A DNA stretch of 64,000 nucleotides from Octopus bimaculoides. Lineage: Eukaryota. Below the pieces are notes generated by a model. That model ran no database searches, was not told where the DNA came from, and saw nothing but the letters and a program-made list of their open reading frames with translations. Shown here one piece after another: positions 1 through 12,600 of this stretch. The position numbers were made by a program, and so were the translations under genes. The first letter of the stretch is position 1. Every line of letters begins with the position of its first letter. Where the stretch lies: assembly GCF_001194135.2 (NCBI RefSeq), contig NC_068985.1:54092022-54156021 (forward strand), read 5' to 3'.

Positions 1-894
1 TAAGGCCGACAGGAAGCGATGCAGCTTCCTAGGTCTAACCAACAGTAGTATTATTCCCTTCAGGGGACTATCACTACTGCATAAATCTCTCTGAGAGATT
101 TAGAAATGTATTATTTCTAAAAATAGAAAATAAAAGTAAATACAAATAACATGGAAAAATAAACATTAAACAAGCAAACAACATTCAAATATATGTTTGT
201 AAGAATTACTTTAATATTCAGATTGACAAGTTAATTTAAAAAGTCTATGTTGGTTGATTATTGTTGTAAATATGAGGAATTAAAAGATTCTTAAGGCCTG
301 ATAGATGGCACCGTATTTTCTTATTTGATTGTTTTGTCTATGATACATCTATGTGACTCAGAAGGTGGTAGGGACTCAATCTGCATAGAAATTTCTTCAA
401 AACTTCTCATGGCAGTGAACCAGATGTCAACTGGATCAAGTTAAAAGTCATGACAGCATTAATACAAAAGATCATAAAATAGAATATTGTCTCTTTTACT
501 GTTCCTTTTATACAATGCAATACTTCAGGTATTTCAATGCTTTAATATCAAAACTTTGAAATCTATTTATCATCTGAAGAGAAACTTAAGACATTTCTGT
601 AAATTTAACCATTTCAAAAACAGCAGTAGCAAAAATGCTTTCTTTAATTTTTTTAAAACATAGACAAAGATGGTGAGTTTTATAACCTTAAGTGCAAACA
701 TTGGCAGTGTTAGATTGAATGGTTTTAGCTTGCAACTAAGATTTAACAGTTCACCTGTTTTGGTAAAGCTTTGTGAGTGACAGTCAGAGTAAAGACATCT
801 CATCTAAATTAATTCAAGATTTGACTATTGACTAAAGGTCAATACCTACCATATAGACTATAGCAGGAATGGATAGATAGATAGATAGATAGAC

Positions 895-900
<6 letters not shown>

Positions 901-976
<76 letters not shown>

Positions 977-980
977 AGAG
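901..980. repeat. (AG)n microsatellite; many (TA)n, (TG)n, (AAT)n and (AG)n tracts throughout, e.g. 6590-6662, 15184-15262, 33980-34068, 38985-39115, 41708-41779, 44797-44861
   Basis: Read directly. Confidence 0.98.
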
Positions 981-3329
981 AGAAAATGAGAGAGGACAAG
1001 GAGTGCACTGACAGACAATCTGAGGGTAAAGTGTTTATGTTGAACAAACCTAGGATGAACTGCATATGAAACCTAGAAGCCTGCAAACTATCAGGAGGTG
1101 GCCATGTTAGAGGAGTCCTACTTTGGGGTATGTTAATCTAGGTTCATTTCAGAACCATTTTTACAATATCAATACAAATAATAATCTCTTGGAAGGTTAG
1201 TGTGAAGACAGCATGTTAGGCTTAGCCATGACATAACCATTTTGTGGATTGTGCTAAAGAATTGTGTACCTTGTTCCCATTAAGAAGATGACATATTCTC
1301 AAAGAATATTTTTGAATATTGTTTTGATTTAAAAAAAACAAACTTTGTGATAAGTGCAATGTGAATTAAATAAGATTTTAAAATCAATTATCAGTTAAAA
1401 TTACCTGCAATCTCTGCAGTAGTTCTTCAGTCTAATTTAGTTAATGACAAGTAGTAGTATGATAATAGTTTTAAATGTAATTAATTAGAAAATTGTCTCT
1501 CTTAAAGCTTTAACAGTTTAATAAAATGATCCTACCTTATAGAAACATCCTTTCTATAAAGTAGAAGATATGGAAAAAAAATTGTCACACATGATGATTT
1601 AGTTCCCAATTAATTAAATAATTACCTAAAGCATTATGAGACATTTTCTACTATTGGTTTCTGCCAGAGGCTGTGGCCATGCTGGGGCATTGCCATTTGT
1701 TTTCAATTAACATAAAGTAATTATCTAAAACATTATGTTTCAGATATTATTTCCTATTATTCTGTTATTGGTTTCAGTCAGAGGCTGTAGCCATGCTGGA
1801 GCACTGTTATTAACTATTTATAAATATTTAGCTTAAGACTGTAATATGAAATAAACATTGAAATAACATCTCAATATGCAGGCATGGAGTGTGGTTCAGC
1901 ATTTCACTTTGTAACCACATGATTTCAGGTTCAGTCCCACCATGTACTACCTTAGGCAAGTGTCTTCTACAATAGCTTCAGGCAAACCAATACTTTGTGA
2001 GTAAACTTGGTAGATGCACACACATGAACACACATACACCCACACACACTCACACCTGTGTTTGTGTAAGTGTTTACATTCTGGACTTTGCATCAAAATC
2101 ATTGATCTGCAGGCGGTGGCATTTGTTGACATTCCCTTGTGAATAGATCATTTGGTAGCTCTGTGCTTTCAAAGACAGATGGAATGAAAACTTCTTTATT
2201 TGGAAAACCAGTAGAGGTTAGCAGGGGGGGGGGCTGTAAAAAGAAACCATACCCCAACATGTACTCATCTAGACCATGCCAGTGTGGGTTAAATGAGTAG
2301 AGTATAAAAGTCTGGTTTAACAGCTGGAAGCTCTATTTGATGCCGACCCTTAGCTGCTTCTCAAGTGAAGGATCTATTTTACCACACAGCTTTGGAAGCA
2401 AGAAGTGAACAGCAAAGTTATCGACAGCAGAAGTGTCGATTACAACAATGGTTTCTGAATAAGTGAACACCAATGTAAACAAGCACACACACACACACAA
2501 TGGGTTTCTTTTTAGTTTTTGTCTACCAAATCCACTCACAAGATTTTGGTTGGCCTGGGGCAAGAGTAGAAGATACTTATCCAAAGTGCTGCACAGTGAG
2601 AGCAAACCTGAAACCAAGTGGTTGGGCACCAAACTTGTCGACCATAAAACCATGCCTGTCCCTAAATGATTTGCAGAAAATATAGAAGTCAGACTGTTTA
2701 GTTTCTGACTAGGAAACAATAGCGTACTTATTATGTCAGACATGAAGCTATTTCATTTTTCACAAAACAATGTATCACTAGAATGCTATAGAAATACTTG
2801 CTTGTTGTAAGCTGCTAATAATTTTAAAAAAACATTCACAATATATGCCAGCACATTTTTTTTTTTTTTTTTTTGGAGCCATAATATATAAAATGCACTA
2901 AGAGAGGAGACTGTATACCTACCCAAAAAACTTGTCACTAATTTTCCTGAAAAATCAAATAATAGTGAGATATGACTTCAGAAAAGAGAGTTAGTGAGAC
3001 AAAGTATGGTGAGATGAGATGTTCTCTAGATTGGAGAAGCAGTAACTATTTATATAAGATTAACTGTGAAATTAGAAGATTTAGCTGAAGCTTATTTTAT
3101 TATTAGTTTTCTATTTATTATTGTATATGTGGTAAATGGTCAATATATTTGTTGCTTTATTTTATAATTTCTTGACTACTTAAAAAAAAGGATATCCAAC
3201 TAAAAGTATTTGTTCATTTAATTTAGTACTAATTACAAATCTTAATTATGTATTGTTTAAATGTATTTATAATCAATTACACATATATGTTTGGCCAAAA
3301 AGTATAAGAAAAAGAATGACTCATTAGCT

Positions 3330-5000
3330 TTCTCACTGAGGGCAAAGACCACACCATGCATCCAGAACCATAATCAATACTACTATGCTACAAGTGGTAG
3401 ACAACCAGGGATCAAAGAACTTTGAAGAATAAAGTTGGAATATCAATAGTCTCACTTCCAAAAGACAAGTGACATCTACATAATGCTGATGTAACATACC
3501 CATAATGAGAGTTTGCATTTCTAAAGCCTTCAGAAGTCGCTTTCTCTGTAATATAGTTTTCTAGGTAACAAACTTATTACATGCTCTTCTCGGAGAACAC
3601 ATGTCACTGGCAGAACAAGAACATCAGCTCTCACAGTGCTGTAGCATTAATAGACACCTGATTTTTGGAGGTGTTTCTCAGCCCCCAGAAAAATCATACA
3701 GTGTTATCCATAGCAGAGCCTTTCTCTGTTAAATGTCAAAAATAACAGTAGTAATATGACCAAAAAAATGAGCAGTATTGCTCAAGACATGAAATTAGAG
3801 ACCCACAAAAACTGTGTTAAGTTTTAAAATCGACCATGAAAGTATCCATCAACAAGGAAAATGATCCTTGATGCTGAAGCTGCTATTATTTTGAACCTTG
3901 GCAACTGAGGTTGTTTTTGACCTTCTCCTTAAATGTCTCAGGGTCATATTCATGAATGATGAAAGGCAGGTGGCTGGACTGGATGTTAGATTTGCAGGTA
4001 CTGACACTGTAATGTGCCAGCTCCAGCATTTGACCTTCAGAAGAAGAGAGGTTAGTATAAAAGGCAAACTTACTATTTTCAATTCAGTTTCCATGCCTAA
4101 CCTCATCTATGGTCATATATGTTGAATACTGACCAAAAAGAGTACAATCATGAACATAAGTGAATGAAATGGGGTTTCTCTGAGGGATCTCTGGAGTAAT
4201 GTTATTTGACAGGGTGCATAGCTCAGAGATCAGAGAGCCTCTTCAGATTCAACTGCCACTAAAAGCACATTGAGAAGTCACAGTTCCCTTACCATGGACA
4301 TGTGATTAGAATGACACAGGAATGAATCACAAGACAGATTCCTCAAGCGAGCCAACTTGCTGGTTAGACTAAAGATGAGATGGATAAAATCTATAGTCTC
4401 AATTGGACATATTTGGGAACCGAGTCCAAAAGTTTAATGATAGCTGATTCTGACAGTATCCTAGAGGAGGTGCCGGAGGACTCCACTTCAATGATTTTCT
4501 CAGTTTAGATTTCCCCAGGGCGAAAGCTATACCAAATCATCACTTGGTCTCTGGAATATATCGTAGTCTTTGGTTCTGCTAATCACAGCACATTTTGAGA
4601 TATCTAGATCACAGATGGAAAACCTACGAAGCTGCTAAATTTACTGAGAGCACGCTACAGCTTTGCACAAGAAAATATGCATTGCTATTCTTTTCAAACT
4701 ATGTTTTGAGATGTTTAGCAGGACTGTGTTCAATCTCCAACACCTTTCAAATATGTCATCTACTGGATCATGGACCATACTCTAAAAAAAAATCTCCCAG
4801 ATGTCACTGTGCAATGAGATTTTCAGCATCACCAGGCACCAAATTAGCCAATGAGCATTACATTGTCTATGCATCACACATTGGCATAAAATCAACACAG
4901 CCATGACAAAGATTGGATCTGCTGGTGTTTCATTCACTGAAAGGGTCATCTGTATAGTCAATGAATCTGGAGAACATGCTGTCATTCAACTTGAACTTAT
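3330..5000 (+). mobile_element. Highly degraded L1/Tx1-like LINE ORF2 fragment
   Basis: FRRREVSIKGKLTIFNSVSMPNLIY (ORF 3898..4125) resembles the post-RT W..R.LS..GK..I.N.L..P.L.Y motif; upstream frames are broken. Confidence 0.5.
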
Positions 5001-5191
5001 ATAATTTGTACATTAGTTCATCAGTCAGAGCCAACTGCTACTTCTATTATCAGTCCTTATAGATTTCAGATAGGAATAATGCTGATATTTGTAATAGTTT
5101 CACTTGAAAGAAGAAAAAAAATTGTTGCAATTGTTTATATATAATGAAAGCAGTAGCAAAAACAAACCAATTAAGTAAAATTTAAACAAAC

Positions 5192-5304
5192 CTGGCAGAA
5201 TGTAGACTAGACGTAGATGAACTTCCTGAGTTATTAAGTACCTTGATAGTGTTTTCATCCATATCCACATCACTTTTAGCTCGTCTAGTTCGTCGATCAC
5301 CTTT
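5192..5304 (-). CDS. ARHGEF11/12: Exon, phase 0-2: KGDRRTRRAKSDVDMDENTIKVLNNSGSSSTSSLHSA(R)
   Basis: Acceptor ttgtctttatcag, donor CAG|gtttgt, 113 nt; SDVDMD and SSSTSSL are shared with ARHGEF11. Confidence 0.85.
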
Positions 5305-6586
5305 CTGATAAAGACAAATTAGGAAGAAATGTTTAAATACAATACATAGCAAAGTTAAAGTCAAAAATATAAAATCAATATGGGTTATGATAATATTTTT
5401 TTGTTTCCAGAACAATATTAAACTCTTATCTCAGTTACACCCATTCACATTTGTAAAGGCATAAATAAAAATCAATAACAATAACATATATTTCACTTGT
5501 TTGATGCAGAGTCTTCACTACTTTTACTCTGAATTTTCTGTTATTTAACTGAATTCTTCAAAATTAGTTGAAAGAAAGGCAGTGTATTTCAACATAAATA
5601 TGGTAACGAAAGGGTTAAACAACACAGAGACATATGTACTTAATTCTACTAATTCTTTCTTCACACTGAAGCAAACTTGGGCTTATAACTAAAATTGATT
5701 TATTGTTGAGTCAGTGTGGTTCACATGCCATGTACACATTCAATGATTAAATATTTCATTTAAAGGAGCTAAAATTGTACTGCCTACACTCGTGTGCATC
5801 AGTCAAGTGTGTGTGTGTGCATGTGTGCACATAGGTGCAAGCATAACTGTATGGTTAAGAAGGTTGATTTCAAACCATGTCTTTTCAGGTTCAATCTCAT
5901 TGAGTAAAATTTGGTAGAGAGAAACTCAATAGAAACTATGGTGTGTGTGTGTGTGTTAATTTAATTACAACTCTTTATATGTTCTTGTTACCTAAAAAAT
6001 TCATTATTCCAAAGCTAAATACCAAGTTTCTTCATGGTTTCTGAATACCACCGACTTCCAAAACTTGGCAGCATTTATTTTGACAAGGTTCCAATATGAT
6101 TTCATTATTTTCCTCTTGTATAAAAAATACAATGAGTAAAACTGATTTCCAGCAATCTATTAAAACTTATAGAAGTATTTCTCAAAGCAAATCATCTCTG
6201 TATACTGGCTATTGTTATCTACAAACATCCTACAGCTCCCCTGGTGTCTGTTAACCAGTCACTTGCAAACCTGTGCATACTTTTAGTTACTTTATTGTGA
6301 AATGGAAGAGTTTTGCAACATATATATATATATATTTCAGGGATTTAACAAAAACATAACAAATGGAAAAGTTAACAAAAAGCATAAGAAATGGAAAATT
6401 TTACAAAACCATAACAAATGGAAAATTCATAGCTAATTCCGCATCAGTTAATGTCCAAGAGATCATAACAATTTCGCACACAAGTTTTCTGTTATGATTT
6501 TGTCAAATTTTCTGTTTATTTTTTTGTTAAATACTTGAAATATTATTTATGCAGCACAATGCAACACACTCCTTATATTTTCTTAC

Positions 6587-6646
<60 letters not shown>

Positions 6647-9600
6647 TATACACATATATATATAGTAGTTAGATAAAGAGATAATGAATGACTGTGTAAT
6701 AAAAGTTTAGGCTGTGTGGTAAAGAAGTCTGCTTTCCAACCATGTGTTTTTGATTTCAATCCCACTGTACACACCTTAGGTAGATGTCTTCATCTATAGC
6801 CACAGGTTGACCAAAACATTGTATTTGTGTGTGCATGAACATGTATGTGTTTGTTTACATTAGCACTTCTCTGAAAATTGCTGAGCAACAAGCAGTGATA
6901 TTGTTCTCATTGTCTGTCAACAAATCTCCTGTTGGCTTTACACTTTTGAAGAGATGTTGAATAACAGACCCCCCCACCACCACACACACATGAAAAACAG
7001 ATAAAGGTTAGCAACAGGAAGAGCATGAGACTGTAAAACAATGATAAATAATACATACAACTCTAACGCATGCCAATATAGACAAAACAGATGTAAACAA
7101 ATAAATAGCATTCTCAGTGGTTTAACATTTCACAAAACGTCAAAAAGAAACCTGTAGTGTTTAAGCCATTGTCAGGTCTTTGAAACTGCTGAGATGGATA
7201 TGGTCTATAATTATCTTGAACATCTCTAAGTTATCATCATCATTTAATGTCCACTTTTCCATGAGTGCATGAGTCAGATGGAATGTGTTGAGGCAGATTT
7301 TCTACAGTCAGGTGCCCTCCAGGTCACCAAGCCTCACCTGCTTCCAAGCAAGGTAATATTTCCTCGTGACCAGACACAATTTTCACAGAAGACTGGAAAT
7401 AAACAACATCGTTTGTTTGACGGTAGTGACGGTTTACAGTTTGCAACCAATACATCATGTCAAGACAAGGGTACACATACACATATGCACACACATGCAT
7501 GTATGTGTATATATATACAATGGGCTTCTTACAGTTTCCATCTAGCAAATACACACATAAGACTTTGGTCAACCCTGGGCTATAGAAGAAGACAGTTGCT
7601 CAAGGTGTCACAGAGAGAGACTGTACTCAAGGCTGGGAAGCTTGTACCTATTAGCCATGCTTATACCTGGGTAGGAAGGAAATTGACAGAGAAAGAAAGA
7701 TGAGACAAAATATTAAATTTCAAGGTTGAAGTAGTCAGTGTGAGGTCCAAGATATAAGATAGTCTGAGTGATGTAAAGAGAAGAAACAGGTGTGGTAGGT
7801 AGACCTGGGTGGAGGTGGTATGTAATTAACTAGTTCAGAGGAACAGGGGTCATAGTAGGAGTGATAATAGAAGCAGAGTGAAGAAACAGTACAGCTGAGG
7901 TCCAGAAGTTGGAGTGTGTCCATTTTGTTCATGGGTGTAGCAGCAGTGCTGTCCCAGATGTAGAGGCAGTCATCCATGATAAATCACACTAGTTGTGTTA
8001 TATATGTCAGATTGTAAAGAAAAACTAGAGACTGCAAAGACAATGCTTTGTAGCAACTTCACCTCTTTTACTGCAGAAATTAGATATATTTACTCTATAT
8101 TTCACTACAATTAACTGCAAAAGGTAGTTTTACATATCAACCTATCTTTTGTTGAGAAATGTTATGCTTGAAACTATTTTTGAGACAATATGACTTGCAG
8201 AATATAGGAAGATATCTAGCATCGTTACTGAAATAACCATGAAATTTAATATCGCAGTTAAAGGGTGAAGGTTTTTTTTAGTTGTGTGTGCTGTCCAGGA
8301 TTAGATGGGGTTAGGTAAATGAACTGCTTTTTCGATCTATGCAGTGAATATGTATTTGTACTTTTGAGAAGAGCAGAAATTGTCATATCAAATAGAATAT
8401 GCTTTCTATGTCTTGTGTTTATGTATTCCAACCCTTTCAGTTGGGTGACAACCATAACAATACAATCACTAATGCTAAATTTTTGTCTTCTTTAAAGCAG
8501 CGAAGAGGGCTGAAAATATAAAACCATTTACCTGGTCAGGTCGATCTTTTAAGCTCTCTGAACGCCCTAAATCAGTAGCACGCCTGCAAAGTAAAAATAA
8601 AATCGAATAAATCATTCAGAACAGAAACATACAATACCAAAAGAGATAAAATGTTTTCTTTCTTTCTTTTTTTTAAATGAAGAGACTAAATCACATTTTT
8701 TTTCCTCAACAAAAATAAGTAACTCTAATTTTGGCCCAAGGCCAGCAATTTTGAGGGAAAGGGACACGTGGGTTTCATTGACCCCAGTATTTGACTGATA
8801 CTTATTTTATTGACTCATGAAAGGATAAAAGACAAAGTTGACCTCAGCAGTATATGAAGTCTATAAAGAGCAGAAAGAAACGTTGTTAAGCAATTTAGTC
8901 TGACACTCTAATGATTCTGGCAGCTTGCTACCTTAATTGATGAAAATAATGATAAATATTTTCACAAGTCTTCATGAAAACCAATTCTTAATCCTAAGTT
9001 CTATAGGAAGATAGATGAATCAACCCAGAAAATCTGGTGTCTACTCTTTACATCGTGATGAAATATTTGGAGTTAGTAATCTGAATTACTGAAAGAGCAA
9101 ATAAAATGGAACTAACCAAACTAATCACACTTGAAAAAAGAAAGAAGATAAAATAAGAAAAAAAAAAAACATGAAGAGAAAACTAAAAGTCATTGATTTT
9201 TCTAAAAGGTGTTGTATATACAACATATTCAGACTTACTTGTGTCTTTCATCTTCATTTTCCCCTGGACTTTTCTCGAATCGTTTTACAATACTGTTTAC
9301 CGAATGAAAACCTGTAAAGTTAAATGGTAAAACATTACTTATAAATTAAGACAATGATGTATCTATTTGCTCTTAATTTGTTGTAGGAGGCCCAAACATG
9401 AATATATTAATCGCTGTTGTATCTCATATCTGAACAACACCTTCTCCCTTTAAAAGATGTGTTCACAACACAACTCATTGATGTAAGGGGTCCTTGAGAC
9501 ACTATGGAATTTCAACCTGGTTGTCTCTCTTCATTGATAAGTATTCACAGATCAATGAAGCTAAACAAGAATGGTAGCTCTTGTTAATATATGTGAGTAA

Positions 9601-12600
9601 ACAAATTATTTGCTGATGTATTCTGATGTCAATGAATAAACGACAACAATAATACATTGTTCCAACTTATATAAGTTGTTTAATAATCCTACAATATTTC
9701 AGGATCAATCTTTTATTTAAAAAAATATTCAAAGGGGCAGGAGAAATTGTTTTAAGCAAGCCACCCATTGTCTTTTGAAATATTTTGTTTTTTCTTTAAC
9801 GAATTTCCTCTAAGAGACACAGTGGATTAATATTTTAGCATTCAAAAACTGTAAATTAAGTGATGATACATAAAGTGAACTCTGAGAGAGAGAAAGTCTG
9901 GAAATGATATTCACTTATCCATTGTTAACCAACATAATCTACAAAAGCAAGCAAAAAGCCAATCTATTTACCAGAGTCGAGATCTTCATCAGCCCCTGAA
10001 ACACCAGAACTTCCACTTTGTGTTGGACTACATGATTCTCTTCTTTGGTTTATATGTGGTGCTAGAAGAATATGACAAAAAGGATAAATATAAACGGAAT
10101 CAAAAGAAAAGAAAAAAGCGATTTAAGAGAACAATGGTTTCATAATTAATCAAGTTGAATATTAGTCTAACTTTACATTTTTACATCTATTAATGGAGTT
10201 GAAAGAAAATTAGAAAATTTAGTAACCTTCAAGTTTGTCAGATTTAGAAAAACTAAAATAGAATATAGAATTCATATCACTACAGAGTAAATACATGACG
10301 GATACAGCCTCATGCTGTCATGAAAAGTATTCAATCAATTAGTTAACTGATAATAAAACTGAAGTGAATCACATCCAGTGCATGTGTCTTATGGGTAAAG
10401 TGACCTTCCCAAAAGTATTGGCTAACTTGCCTGCTTTTTTTGGCAAAGGGACACAACAGTACACAAACAAATAATAGGCTTCAGTCTACAAAATTCCACT
10501 TACTCAAAAGTACAGTAGAAGCTACTTGCTCAAGGTACAGCACCTGGATTGAATCACAAGTGGTATGATTGGGAAGTGATTTTCCAACTATATACAATTT
10601 TTACGAAGGTCTTTTGTTCATATTTTCAATAAGTAACTTTATACTATTTATCCTTGGTAGCTTGAAAGGCAGAAGTAAGCCTGAATTTTTTTTTTTTTGT
10701 TTCTGGTGCGTTTATCTGAAACAAGATATTATCATTGTGATACACTGATTTATTCAGAGTAGTGTCCTCATCTTATTGTTACAGTCTGGCCTTCTTCAGG
10801 TGCCTATCTTATTCAGTAATGTTCTCAGAATTTCAAACCAAACCATTCTCAGTCTACAGTGGTAAATTATTCTTATTTTCTGGTTTATGGCTGCAGGGGT
10901 ATTCTTTATTCTGTTCTCATACATATCAGTTCCAATGTGCAGCACCTCGGGCAAATATCTTCTACTATAACTCTAATTTGAACAGAAATTTGTGAGTGGA
11001 TGAGATAGGCAGAAACTAATAGAAGACACTGTGTGTTTGTCTACCACTTTTAATCCAGTTCTCACAGTAGGTTGTAAGTCTCAAACCCTTTCATCTCTAT
11101 TCCATCTTGTCCATTTTCTGATATATTAAATGTTTTTGTATGTTAATACTCTCAACAGTAACCTACCATTTGTATTACTAGGTTTTCGGCCCCATTTGTC
11201 CATCAGCCCAGACGTTCGTTTTCTCCGACCTTGTGGACATAAGACTTCAATGGATTCTATGCAATGTTTATGAACATTCCACTCACAATCTGAAATGTCA
11301 AATAAGAAGTGTAGGTTAAAAACAAAATTGTAAAAAAAAAAAAAAGATAGAAAAAATACGAAGGGTGCTGAAAAGTTCCTGGCTTTGGGTAAAAGAAAAT
11401 ACAGGAGGATCAGTTAAGATTTTATTGAACATGTTCCCCTCTCAGATTCACACACTTATTGCAGTAGTCCTTCAATTTTTCTAAGCCCTGTAAAAGAACT
11501 TGGAAGGTTTGGCCTCCAACAAGGCCTTTCGCGATACCCTTAAAGCCAGGAAGTTTCCAGCACTTGCTTCGTATCATATAGCGACAACTATTGCTTTAAT
11601 GCCTCTCTTCAGTCTTCAGTATTTTTTAAAAAATACAAACAGATATGCAAATGGTAGAATACATGTTTGATATGTTAGTGTTTCTGGTTTCTTAAGTCTC
11701 ACAGTCTTAGATATCTTAACAATATGTATCATGCTCCCATGTCTCCTTTGGCATAGTTTCTATGGCTAGATTCCCTTAATGTTAATCACAGTACATTCGG
11801 TAAAGTGGTTGGTATTACAAAGGGCATGTAGCTGCAGAAACCATGCCAACACAGACATTAGAACATGCGGCAATCCTCAGACCTGTCAGAACCTGTCAAA
11901 CAGTCCACCCAATGCTAACATGGAAGACAATGATTATCATTATTTGGAAGATGGATGATGTCGATCTTGAAGATAACCATCATCATCTGCATTGACTGAT
12001 CAATGTCTAAGAACACTAAGACAGTCCTAAAGTCATAATATGTCGAGAAAAATCTAATTTATTATGTAGCCTAATAAAAGTATTTTGGACTAGTCCTGTA
12101 TCTTGAGAAAAAACAAGATATTTCAAAATCAATTGATCATTAAACACTAACAGAAAATTGTTGATTAACTAATAATTATCAATATCTCCACAATATTTTT
12201 TCCCATTTGCTTACTATATTATTAATCTTCTCCAATAAAATCTGGGCTAAAGTTTCAAGTCATAGTTTCTATTCAGTCTGTCATTGCTGTTAACACTCTT
12301 CCAGTTCTGGTTTCTCATCAACTTGTTAAACAGATCTTCTGTAACCACAATTTGCATTGACTATAGAATACTGATTTCCTTTCTAGACATCAATCAAGGA
12401 TAGTTATTCAATGCTGTTCTACTTTTATGTCTCCTGCAACTAACTACAAATTCCTCCTTGTTATTGTTGTCATCGTCGCTTCTGCTGTCACCATCACATG
12501 AACTGGCAGTTCAGAAGACAGTGTAGTGCGCTATGTCTGCTTTGACATGGTTTCTACGGCTAGATGCCCTTCACAACACTAACCACTTAACAGTGTGCAC

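Noticed and set aside
1405-1431. 27-nt candidate exon (ttag|ACTGAAG...TTGCAG|gtaatt)
   Set aside because: Poor polypyrimidine tract, and the phase-2 reading (LKNYCRDC) does not resemble the expected family sequence.
2333-2743. 136-aa minus-strand ORF
   Set aside because: Mostly a family-A SINE plus (GT)n; the remainder has no compatible phase or family similarity.
5182-5191. Reading exon 5304 through to the stop at 5182 as the last coding exon
   Set aside because: A donor CAG|gtttgt lies at 5192/5191, and the family requires downstream DH-PH domains.
5241-5242. Internal donor AAG|gtactt in exon 5192-5304
   Set aside because: It would remove the conserved SSSTSSL motif and change the phase; weak site.
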